64,000 nucleotides of DNA, taken from Eledone cirrhosa. Lineage: Eukaryota. The stretch is from assembly GCA_964016885.1 (NCBI GenBank), contig OZ024740.1, positions 10,974,001 to 11,038,000 of the forward strand. The letters run 5' to 3'. A model generated the notes under the pieces. That model saw only the letters and a list, made by a program, of their open reading frames with translations, was not told where the DNA came from and ran no database searches. Below are positions 53,446 to 64,000 of this stretch, piece by piece. The stretch's first letter is position 1. Every line of letters starts with the position of its first letter. Position numbers and translations under genes: made by a program.

Positions 53446-55184
53446 ATGGACGGAATTTTCACATCTCATCCTAACGAGAAAGCCACGCCCCCTAAGAAAG
53501 GTGATACAGAGAAGCTAGAAGCACAAGGCTCTAAGTCTTCCCTCCTCACTTCTGAAAAAGAAACATGGAACACGGAATTAAAAGAAAAATTTGTAAAAAT
53601 AGGTGAAAACCCAGAAAGTCACATAAACGCAGACAAAAACAACAATGACAATAACAGCAATAGTCACAACACCAACCAAGGAAAAAATAACGATAACACC
53701 AAACAAAGCGAACCCACTACTGGTGCCTCCTTTGCACAGGCGGTCCGGAAAACACAGACCTGCAAGCAACTGGACATTACAACTCTGAGAGAAAAGATGA
53801 AGGAAGCAAAACAGTATGTAACTTTCAAAGAAGGAGGTGACTTCACAATCACCTCCCCACAAGAAATCAAAAGAGACAAGACACTAAGAACGATATCGTT
53901 CAGAACAATTTCCAACATAACAAGGAAACCAGCTCAATTATCCCAAAAAGAAATTGAGCTAGTCCTAAAAAATGTGTGGAGTGATATATCGTTCATACAA
54001 AAAGGACCACTCTATGGGAATATAACGGTGCTAATGAAGGATCAATTGACGGCCAGGAAATACTCTGTGGCGCCAATTGTTTCCAAGCTACACACATTTT
54101 TCCCCACATATTTAGGGAAAAGAACGCAGAAAATAAGGGTCTCCGGAATCCGGCCAAATGCATGCATTTCCTGGGTTCTAACAGGATTTTTAGAAGACAA
54201 GGACGGAATCCTCTCAGTAGGAGAAGTCACAACAGACGTTTTCGGCAGTTTGTGCGTGGAGGTTCTGGTCCAAATGAGACCAGAACGAATAGCTAGAATA
54301 CCACAGAGGGTGTCCCTCGATGGAGAAACATTTATATACATTTCAGCCGAGGGTAGGAGGCCCATATGTTACTACTGTTCAAGCAGGGGTCATCTAAGGG
54401 CTGCCTGTCCTCAATTGACAAAAAAAAAGGCTCTTTTGCCTACACCCCACACAACACCACTGCCACCACCACCACCTCCACCACCACCACCACCACAACA
54501 ACAACAACAAAAACAACATGGAAAAATAACACAAGACACGGCCCCACCCAAAACAACTCCAAAAACACACACAAACACAACAAAACCCAAAATACACCAC
54601 TACCCGACAGCACAGACGAGGACCCAGCTGAAACGGCACCTAGTGACGAAGAGGGGGGACCCTTCCAACCTGTAAAAAGGAAAAAAAGAAAGCACCACTC
54701 GAACATAAACGAAACAAACACACAACCACCAACAAAAACAAAACAAACAGAACAAACAAAATCCGCCCCACCCCAAAACATAACACATACAACAAAACGT
54801 AAGCACACACAAGAACAACAAACAAACACAACACAAATAAAACAGTATACATACATTAACACAAATAACAAAGAACTAGTAAAAACAATACACAAAGACC
54901 CTTCGGTGGAAACTGAAGGGCAATTCTTTGCAAGCGCGGCCAACAAACCGCATTTAAAAATGATAAGACTCCCAATGGACACCTATGCAAAACTAAGAGA
55001 GAACTTTCCTGAGGACGTGGGGAAAACATGTACTCGACCCTATAACCACGTCCTCTTGAAACGTTTCCCCACCCACACCTCACCAAACACCCCCACCCCA
55101 CCACAGAACAACACCCCACCAAACAACCCCTCCAATACGCCCATGGATATTGTGCAACCTGCTCCTCAGGAGCCGAACAGGTAG
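53446..55184 (+). pseudogene. LINE ORF1 with one frameshift (~54588)
   Basis: CCHC knuckle; 1-bp loss (aacccaaaat vs aaccccaaaat in copy 1). Confidence 0.85.
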
Positions 55185-55205
55185 GTCCTTCCTCTTTTAA
55201 CCAAC

Positions 55206-58200
55206 ATGGCTGATATAAGAGTTGGGTGTCTGAATGTACGCGGCCTGGGACTGTCTTGGAAACAAGGCAAACTTTTAAACGATCTCAGGTCGCATAGAAT
55301 GGATGTAATGGCTATTTGCGAGTCCAGGATCAGCAGCGAGCACCAACTGGCGCCCCTCTTCGACGACTTTGAGATCTTCGCATCTCTCTGTCAACCGGGG
55401 GGTGGGGGTGGAGTTGTTGTTCTGCTGCGAAAACACCTGGGCCTCGCCATACAGAAGGTGCACCTGGACCCGGAGGGTCGACTGGTGGTTTTAGACGTCG
55501 GCAGTAGTGAAAGTGGAGCCCTTAGACTAATAGCTGTGTACGCCCCTTTTTGGGCAGCGCGGCCGGAATACTTCCAACGTCTGGAAACTTTTCTGGGAAC
55601 GTCCCGCTCCTTGCTTTTAGTGAGGGACTGGAATGGTATCCTGGATGCACGTTGGGACTATGTAGGGGCATGTGCCAATAGAGGGGGGTGTAAAAGCCTC
55701 AAAAGGTTAATCGGCCGATTTGACCTGGCCGATAGATATCAACTAAATTTTCCGACTGTACCACTATGGACGTGGACCAATCGCAGCGGAACATCTAGGT
55801 CGTACCTAGATAGGGTCCTAGTTAGAGAGATGGATAGGGACACATTTAGCTGTCCAAAAATGTTCATGGTTGACTATTCGGATCACAAGTTAGTGACCTT
55901 CATAGAACCCATAGACAGGGACCCGGTTACTGGAAGCTGAACTTGTCCTTACCGACAAGCAAAGCTTACAGTAAACGGATTAACACGTTAGTTAAGCAGA
56001 GTTTGACAGGGGCAATTGTCAACAACAGGTGGTGGAGCTCTCTTAAGAGAGCAATTAGAATAGAATCGATAGGTTTTAGTCAGGAATTAGCAAGGGATAG
56101 GAACAAGACGGAAAGGGAATTAGTAGATAGAGTAGAAGAGGCGATTAGGAGTGGCAATGTAGCCGGCGTGCTGGCATCAAGAATGGTCTTAGACCAGTTC
56201 TTTGAGGTGAAGCATGAAGGCTGCGTTGTCAGGAGTAAAATACGTGCTCTGGGTAATGAGGGAGCCAAAGCTGTTAGCTGGGCCCGAGTGACAGAGGCAA
56301 AAAGTGGGAACAAGTCCACAATTCGGTCTTTGAAGGACCAGGATGGGCGTGTGATCCTTGAGCCTGGGCAGATGTGTGCAGCCTTTCAGCGGCACTTTGC
56401 ACAACTGTTCGAGAGGGGCGGCGCGCCGGGTGAGACTATGGATTTCAATCCATACCTCGACGGTCTGCCGCGCCTCTCGGACGCGAAGTCCTGCGAAAGG
56501 CCGATTTCAGCTGCTGAGATAGGGGCGGCGCTGAGCCAATGCGGCAAACGCAAATCCCCGGGTCTCGATGGTCTACCATACGAGCTATATGTAGCGATGC
56601 CGGACTTGTTCTCCGATATCCTCGAAGCGGTCTACTGCAACTGGCAGCAGAACGGGAGAATTCCCAGTTCTGTGACCAAGGGCGTAGTTATGCTGGTGAG
56701 GAAGGATGAGAACAAGGGGGATGACATAAGTAACTTCAGGCCTATAACTCTGCTAAATACAGAGTTAAAGATTTTGGCCAAGGTGTTAGCGAAGAGGTTG
56801 GCGCTTGTCGTCGGAAACCTGGTGGGAGAAGCGCAGACATGCACAATCCCGTCCAGGACCATTCACGACAATCTCCACCTTATGCGATACATCATAGAGA
56901 GGGTAGGGAATGAACGCGGCTTTGGTGGGGCCCTGATCAACTTGGATCAATCTAAAGCTTTCGATAGGGTTGACCATTGTTACCTGGATGCGGTGCTTGC
57001 GGCGGCAGGCTTCGGACCCGTTTTCAGGGGTTGGATTGCTGCGATGCACAGCAGCAACGTCTGCTCAAGGGTCAAGGTGAACGGCCACCTCTCGGAGCCG
57101 TTCCAAATCATGCGATCCATCCGACAGGGATGCCCCCTCTCCTCCCTTCTGTATGTGCTGGCTCTTGAGCCACTACTGCGGAAGTTGGGGCGGTTGCAGG
57201 GCATCCCTTTGGAACCGGGATTGCAGAAAGCGGCGTCGGCCTACGCCGATGACGTGACAGTAATGGTGTCGAAAACCTCGCAAATCGGTGAGATCGGCAC
57301 CTTACTGGAGGAATATGAAAGGTTTACAGGAGCCAAGCTGAACCGGGACAAGTCCGTCGGTTTGCAACTCGGAACATGGAGAGGCAAACCGATGCCCTCC
57401 AATGACGTCGTCGGACGCTGGACGGAGGGCCCGGTGAAGCTGCTTGGGGTCTGGTTCGGACCAGACCTCCAGGTGGAGAAAAACTGGAACGAGGTAACGG
57501 CTAGGCTGTTTGCACTCACCCAGAAGTGGGCCCAGTGCAAACTATCCCTGAAAGGTCGAGCGGAGGTGGCAAATACTTATATAGCATCCATCATCTACTA
57601 CCGCTTGACCGTCGTGCCTTGCCCAGTGAAAAGACTCGCCAAAATGGAGTCCGCGCTGTTCCAATTTCTTTGGAACAAGCGGACCCCTTTGGTGAGGAGA
57701 TCCATCTGCTGTCAACACCCTTCGAAAGGAGGGCTGGGGATGCCGTGGCTACAGATGCATAAACACGCATTAAGGCTACGGCACCTCCAGGTATTCCTCA
57801 CCGGTCAACCGGTGTGGGCCCCGTTTGTGAGGCGAGCCTTTCCCAGACTCGTCTCGCTCACCGAGCTGCAATCCTGGGTCAAGCAAAGACCGAGAAAAGT
57901 AGGCGACTGGCACATTGAATGTGCCCAGGCGCTCACGGCCCTCTGGAAAGCGGACCCGGCAATCAGTGGAGACTCCACCTCGACATTCTATAGAGGGTTG
58001 GTACGCAGCAGGTGCGACGTTGCTCTCGGAGAAGCTCTAGGCATGGAGGAAGATGAACTGGTCAGTCTGTTCGGTAGGACGTTTGGCCCTGGACCGATGG
58101 ACAACTTCCAAAAGTCCCTGGCTTGGCAGTGCTACCGAGGGGCTCTACCCGTTCGAGACAAGCTCCACAGGCATGGGAGCCTGGGTAGGGATCCTTTGAA

Positions 58201-58624
58201 TAAGATCTGTCCGAGATGCGTGCATGACGACGAAACCGTTGCGCACGCATTCGTACACTGCCCAGGCATTGCTGACCTGTGGGGCTATGTGGAACGACTA
58301 CTGTCGAGGGTGGCACCAATCCGGTTGACCACCGAGTCCATTGTCACGATCAAACCGCCTCCCCCTTTCAAAAACGAAGGAGAGGCGGTTTTTCTCTGTG
58401 TGATAGCCATGGCTAAAGAAGTTGTATGGTGGACGAGGCTGAAAGGGCTGAGGTCAGACACCTTTCTCTCCGGCCAACAACTGGTCCCCTTTTTCAAATA
58501 CCATTTTAAAAGAAGGATCAGAATGGAGAGAGAGGTGCTCTACCCCAGCAAGTTTTATGAAAGGTGGGTGAAAGTAGGGAGAATGGCCAGAGTGAATGGG
58601 TCTTCTCTCTATATCAGCCTGTAG
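55206..58624 (+). pseudogene. LINE ORF2 (APE + RT + zf-RVT) with one frameshifting deletion (~55900); the 893-aa RT portion is open
   Basis: ORFs 55206-55940 and 55943-58624; KSPGLDG, FRPITLLN, LDQSKAFDRV, RQGCPLS, AYADD; ~13-bp deletion relative to copy 1. Confidence 0.92.
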
Positions 58625-58861
58625 GTGAAAGAAGAGGAAAAAGAGGAGACGAGGGAAGCACCTGCTCTTTGTGCTCCTGAGGAGAAGGGTTGCACATTTT
58701 TTCCGGGGTGTGTGCGACCCATGTTAATGCCCCCTCCCTATTGAGGACTTCGTTTGTTGTTGTTATTTCATTGTTATATTTTTGTACTCGTTAATTATAT
58801 GTAAACTTCCCCCCTTGTATCTGTCCCTACCTTTTGTGCCCTGGTGGCAAATAAAGAAATC

Positions 58862-59327
58862 ACTCTATATATACTATTGTATTGTCACAGTAAAGGTTTT
58901 ACCTCACATAACATTTACATTACTCTATATATACTATTATATTTTCACAGTAAAGGCTTTATCTCACATAATATCTCACATAACATTTACATTACTCTAT
59001 ATATACTATTATATTTTCACAGTAAAGGCTTTACCTCACATAATATCTCACATAGCATTTACATTACTCTATATATACTATTATATTTTCACAGTAAAGG
59101 CTTTACCTCACATAATATCTCACATAGCATTTACATTACTCTATATATACTATTGTATTTTCACAGTAAAGGCTTTATCTCACATAATATCGAATCTATG
59201 AGATTTTGATATTATTTATTTTGATAACAATACTTTAAAGTCAGTATGAGTGGATGGTTGCAGCTGATTTGAACAGAAAGAGGTGAGAGAATTCTGACAG
59301 GATACAGCCGGTTGAAATGGTAAAGGT
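58862..59327 (+). repeat. 72-bp tandem units followed by the MITE-like repeat end; 3' flank of LINE copy 2
   Basis: Unit starts at 58862, 58922, 58994, 59066, 59138, then the aatctatgagattttgatattatttatt... family sequence. Confidence 0.88.
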
Positions 59328-59357
59328 AAATGCAGAATAAATAACTCAATCACTGAC

Positions 59358-59489
59358 CTTGTGTCAATCCAACAGATCCAACAGTTGGGTGGCTAAACAC
59401 AACTGATGGAATATTGGTATAGTCCATCTTGGATTTAGTTTCACCATTAAATAGTCTGTGAGCTAGTCGACGTCCAGCTGCTATAGCCA
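59358..59489 (-). CDS. GSR: Glutathione reductase coding exon (phase 1-1)
   Basis: catcacag|TG...CAAG|gtcagt; [44 protein letters not shown]. Confidence 0.97.
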
Positions 59490-59659
59490 CTGTGATGAAC
59501 ATAACACAAAGAGAAACATATAATATATGCAAAATATGGTGGGTGTGGAGATGTTGGCTGATGTTGTTGTTAGTGGTGGCGGGGGGTGATAGTAGTATCA
59601 TCACCACCATATTAATTAAATATATTCCATTTATTCAAGCTGTGAGTCTTGTTATTCTG

Positions 59660-59735
59660 GAGTTTTGCCTGCTTCTCACAGGGTCATCAGACAACAGTTT
59701 GTGTCTGATGGCCCTGTGAGAAGCAGGCAAAACTC
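59660..59735. other. 76-nt hairpin (34-bp stem, 8-nt loop) in a GSR intron
   Basis: GAGTTTTGCCTGCTTCTCACAGGGTCATCAGACA / TGTCTGATGGCCCTGTGAGAAGCAGGCAAAACTC, with one non-Watson-Crick pair. Confidence 0.9.
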
Positions 59736-59844
59736 ACTATTAAGTCTTAATAAAATGAATACTTCAACTCAGGGTATGTAGTTAGAATGTCTCAAGAAAG
59801 AATCACTGGAGAGATTTTACAAGCAAAACCAACCAGCACGAGAC

Positions 59845-59990
59845 CCAGTGCATTACTGGTGCTTTATTTTATCAACCCCATAAGAATGAAAGGCAAAATT
59901 AAACTCGGCGGGATTTGAACTCAGATCATAACTCAGGGCCGTAACTATGCTAAAAAGCAAGGTGTCTGACCCTCTACCGATACTGTCATT
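59845..59990 (-). mobile_element. tRNA-derived SINE copy
   Basis: Same family as 19283-19466 (ggcgggatttgaactcaga). Confidence 0.8.
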
Positions 59991-60434
59991 CCATGGTTTC
60001 TGATTACCTTATATATAATGACTGGAGAACTGCAAGACTGTGTCGACTTTATTATTTTATATCATGTTATTAAAATAAGTTGGATTACTTTCAATAAATC
60101 ATGAATGAATATTATGTAATTTATCCACTAAATTTCTTAGCTCTTGATTAAACATAAATATTCTTATATATAATATGTTGCTTATTTCAAGATTCACTTC
60201 TGTTAAAACTTTCAAATGTCATTCTTCCATTAGCGTTCATATCATCACCGTAGAAGAAAGTGTAACGCAGTCTTTGTTCAATTTATGTGCATATTGTCAA
60301 TTTACTTTTCAATTTACATATCATATCTATATACATAAATATTTGCATATAATATCAATATGCACAGTACATATGGTAGCAGAAGAACTGCCCGGGGGGG
60401 GGGGGGGGGGTCTTCTACTAGTTATAAAATAACG

Positions 60435-60620
60435 ATTTCTGATTTAGGCACAAAGCCAACAATTTAGGGAGCAGAGGAAGTTGATTAAATCAACTCCAGT
60501 GTATTACTGGTACTTTATTTTATTGACCTCGCAATGATGAAAAGCAAAGCTAACCTTGGCAAGATTTGAACTCAGAACGTAAAGCATGGTGTCTAATGCT
60601 CTACCGATACTGCCAATCCA
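60435..60620 (-). mobile_element. tRNA-derived SINE copy
   Basis: tttaggcacaa...gatttgaactcagaacg...ctaccgatactgccaat, same family. Confidence 0.8.
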
Positions 60621-60660
60621 ATAATAATGTTAATAATGATAATTGCTTATTATTTTTTAC

Positions 60661-60772
60661 CTGGTGTTAACTGGTATTTACCACAGACATCACCCAAGGC
60701 ATAAATATGACTGACACTTGTATTTTGGTATTCATCAACAATAATGTGACCTTTGGCATCATATTTCACCGT
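60661..60772 (-). CDS. GSR: Glutathione reductase coding exon (phase 0-1)
   Basis: gtttccag|ACG...CCAG|gtaaaa; [37 protein letters not shown] (FAD-binding YA.GD motif). Confidence 0.97.
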
Positions 60773-60894
60773 CTGGAAACAAGAACATTGTCAGAACTAA
60801 TTGAGGAAGATGGACAATTAGATTGGACATCCTAATCAGCAATTTGAGACTCTTCGTTTTTATGTTTTTGCATGCTAGCATAAGTTGGATGAAA

Positions 60895-61200
60895 GGAGGT
60901 ACATGGCCCAGTGGTAAGGGTGTTGGACTAATCATTATGATGTTGTGAGTTTGATTCCTGGACTGGCTTGTGTGTTGTGTTCACGAATTTTAAATAATTT
61001 ATTAGAGGCTTTGACAGATTTACAAATATTTCTAATCATTTCATTATTAAGATGGTCTAAAGGTGATGTGGCTCTGCAGTAGCTGGGAGGTTTAACCTTT
61101 CGATGGACTGGTGTCCTTTCTAGAGGGGAGTCTGGAACTCTCAGTCGCTTCATGCCATGGAAACCAAGATAAGCACCAGCCTGATGAACCTCTGAGACAG
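60895..61200 (+). mobile_element. Degenerate tRNA-headed SINE of a second family
   Basis: A-box-like TGGCCCAGTGG, B-box-like GAGTTTGATTCC, SINE-like body gatggactggtgtcct...catggaaacc. Confidence 0.55.
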
Positions 61201-61478
61201 ACTTTAGATAAATTGGACGAGACTTATACTAAAACAGATTGTAATGAACAGATAACTTTCTTGATGCCAGTCATCACTTTCTTTTTTGTAAGCTACTGCT
61301 TTTATTTGCATGTTAAGCCAGCGAGTTGTGGGACTTTTGTTTATGAGAGACATAAACAAATATCACCACTAGTGGAGTCTATTGTAAAAGGAAGATTCAG
61401 TGACAAACAAACATACCCACACTAACACACACACACACACCCACATTAAGACCCACACACACACACTAACACCCACAC

Positions 61479-61519
<41 letters not shown>

Positions 61520-61586
61520 AAACAATCAGAATGAAAAACATTGAAGAACTTTTCTAAAAGATATTTCCGAACCTATAAAAACTTAC

Positions 61587-61721
61587 GGTATTTTCAAGTC
61601 CAAGGTTTGAAATATTTGGGACACGACCCACGGCCCACAAAAGACAGTCAACACCAGTAATGGGTCCTTGGTTAGAGGTCACACTTAGCAGACCATTGCT
61701 TTGTTTTTGCAATTCTTTCAC
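61587..61721 (-). CDS. GSR: Glutathione reductase coding exon (phase 0-0); upstream exons lie beyond the window
   Basis: ttttacag|GTG...ACC|gtaagt; VKELQKQSNGLLSVTSNQGPITGVDCLLWAVGRVPNISNLGLENT (human VDCLLWAIGRVPN). Confidence 0.97.
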
Positions 61722-61762
61722 CTGTAAAATTACAATTTCAAAGAGAGGTCAAACTTCATTTC

Positions 61763-62710
61763 ATGGTGATGATGATGGTAGTGATGATGGTGATGGTGAT
61801 GGTGATGGTGGTGATGATGGTGGTGATGGTGGTGATGATGGTGGTGATGGTGGTGATGGTGATGGTAGTGATGATGGTGATGGTGATGATGGTAATGACG
61901 GTAGTGATGATGGTGATGGTAGTGATGGTGGTGATGGTGATGATGGTGTTAGTGGTGATGGTGATGGTGGTGATGATGGTGATGATGGTGGTGGTGGTGA
62001 TGATGGTGATGGTGGTGATGGTGGTGATGATGGTAGTGGTGATGGTGATGGTGATGATGGTGGTGATGGTGATGATGGTGATGGTGGTGATGGTGGTGAT
62101 GATGATGATGGTGATGGTGATGATGGTGATGGTAGCGATGGTAGTGGTGATGGTGATGATGGTGGTGATGGTGATGATGGTGATGATGATGGTGATGGTG
62201 GTGATGATGGTGGTGATGATGGTAGTGATGATGGTAGTGGTGATGTTGATGGTGGTGGTAGTGATGGTAGTGATGATGGTGGTGGTGGTGGTGATGATGG
62301 TAGTGATGGTGGTGGTGGTGATGGTAGTGATGGTGGTGGTAGTGATGGTAGTGATGGTGGTGGTAGTGATGGTAGTGATCATGGTGGTGGCGGTGATGGT
62401 GATGATGATGGTAGTGATGATGGTGATGGTGGTGGTAGTGATGGTGATGATGGTGATGGTGCTGGTGATGGTGATGGTGATGATGGTGGTGGTGATGGTG
62501 ATGGTGATGGTGGTTGTGATGGTGGTGGTTGTGATGATGGTGATGGTGGTGGTGATGGTAATGATGATGGTGGTGATGATGGTGGTGGTATTGAAGATAG
62601 TGGTTTTCATGGTGATAGCAGTGGTGGTAGTTATGGTTGTAGAGGTGATAGTGGTGGTGGTTATGGTTGTGGAGGTGGCAGTAGTTGTGGTGGCAGTGGT
62701 GGTAGTAGTA
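61763..62710. repeat. Compound (GAT/GGT) trinucleotide repeat
   Basis: Visible directly; gives D/G, M/V and T/I pseudo-ORFs. Confidence 0.96.
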
Positions 62711-62719
62711 GGAAGTTAC

Positions 62720-64000
62720 CAGAAAAGTAGTTGGTAGCTTCTGTTACCTCAGAGGACCTAATTAGCACTGAAAACACAGTAGCTAAAATAAGAACAGTGT
62801 AGAAAAAGTTCAGGGATCTACTACCTCTGTTGATAACTGACAAAGGTATTTTCTGTTCAAGTGAAGGGTAGATTATATAATGCTTACTTGAGAGGTGCAA
62901 TGTTGCATGGCTGTGAGACATGGGTGGTAAATGGTAGATTATATGATGCTTACTTGAGAGGTGCAATGTTGCATGGCTGTGAGACATGGGTGGTAAATGG
63001 TAGATTATATAATGCTTACTTGAGAGGTGCAATGTTGCATGGCTGTGAGACATGGGTGGTAAATGGTAGATTATATGATGCTTACTTGAGAGGTGCAATG
63101 TTGCATGGCTGTGAGACATGGGTGGTAAATGGTAGATTATATAATGCTTACTTGAGAGGTGCAATGTTGCATGGCTGTGAGACATGGGTGGTAAATGGTA
63201 GATTATATGATGCTTACTTGAGAGGTGCAATGTTGCATGGCTGTGAGACATGGGTGGTAAATGGTAGATTATAAAATGCTTACTTGAGAGATGCAATGTT
63301 GCATGGCTGTGAGACATAGGTGGTAAATGGTAGATTATATGATGCTTACTTGAGAGGTGCAATGTTGCATGGCTGTGAGACATGGGTGGTAAATGGTAGA
63401 TTATATGATGCTTACTTGAGAGGTGCAATGTTGCATGGCTGTGAGACGTAGGTGGTAAATGGTAGATTATATAATGCTTACTTGAGAGGTGCAATGTTGC
63501 ATGGCTGTGAGACATGGGTGGTAAATGGTAGATTATATGATGCTTACTTGAGAGGTACAATGTTGCATGGCTGTGAGACATGGGTGGTAAATGGTAGATT
63601 ATATGATGCTTACTTGAGAGGTGCAATGTTGCATGGCTGTGAGACATAGGTGGTAAATGGTACATTATATGATGCTTACTTGAGAGGTGCAATGTTGCAT
63701 GGCTGTGAGACATGGGTGGTAAATGGTAGATTATATGATGCTTACTTGAGAGGTGCAATGTTGCATGGCTGTGAGACATGGGTGGTAAATGGTACATTAT
63801 ATAATGCTTACTTGACAGGTGCAATGTTGCATGGCTGTGAGACATAGGTGGTAAATGGTAGATTAAATAATGCTTACTTGAGAGGTGCAATGTTGCATGG
63901 CTGTGAGACATGGGTGGTAAATGGTAGATTATATAATGCTTACTTGAGAGGTGCAATGTTGCATGGCTGTGAGACATGGGTGGTAAATGGTAGATTATAA
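62720..64000 (+). repeat. RTE RT fragment whose coding segment has expanded into a 66-bp tandem array (~62868 to window end, ~17 units)
   Basis: The unit encodes GRLYNAYLRGAMLHGCETWVVN, homologous to GRLYDTCIRTEMLHGSETWAL of the RTE ORF at 17399-18565; the preceding sequence matches the upstream RT region (KKFRDLLPLL). Confidence 0.92.

Larger units (their letters stand above)
53235..58861 (+). mobile_element. Tx1/L1-clade non-LTR retrotransposon, full length (copy 2)
   Basis: 5'UTR, ORF1 53446-55184, ORF2 55206-58624, 3'UTR ending AATAAAGAAATC. Confidence 0.95.

Noticed and set aside
59350-59610. 86-aa ORF as a stand-alone gene
   Set aside because: Only 59358-59489 is a GSR exon; the rest is intron read-through.
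61660-62737. Asp/Gly-rich 356-aa ORF resembling an acidic biomineral protein
   Set aside because: A GAT/GGT microsatellite within a GSR intron; its start overlaps the antisense of a GSR exon.

Overview
Repeat-rich, intron-containing animal DNA. The SINE, RTE and MITE repeat complement resembles an octopus/cephalopod genome (inference). Two convergent host genes are visible. On the minus strand are the last five coding exons of glutathione reductase (61721->44546). On the plus strand are the last two coding exons of a divergent, possibly ITIH-C-terminal-like gene (7553-7840, 15394-15527). Each gene has a phase-1 intron carrying an antisense, near-full-length copy of the same Tx1/L1-type LINE. 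Both copies are joined at the same positions of a 72-bp repeat unit inside a MITE-like family, and both are preceded by the same LTR-element segment. The complete 1.18-kb non-autonomous LTR element (14078-15257, ACATG TSD) has a primer-binding site exactly complementary to the 5'-terminal 12 nt of tRNA-Phe(GAA), not to a tRNA 3' end. The intergenic gap holds a decayed endogenous parvovirus-like VP1 gene (PLA2 plus capsid, about 19.1-21.3 kb, interrupted by a SINE with a 12-bp TSD), a Penelope GIY-YIG fragment with a hammerhead-ribozyme motif, a CRE-like element with a 244-bp fold-back, RTE/CR1 fragments and a 14.6-kb 13-bp satellite. The very long ORFs in the track are artefacts of tandem repeats. 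All calls come from manual reading and translation; no database searches were run.
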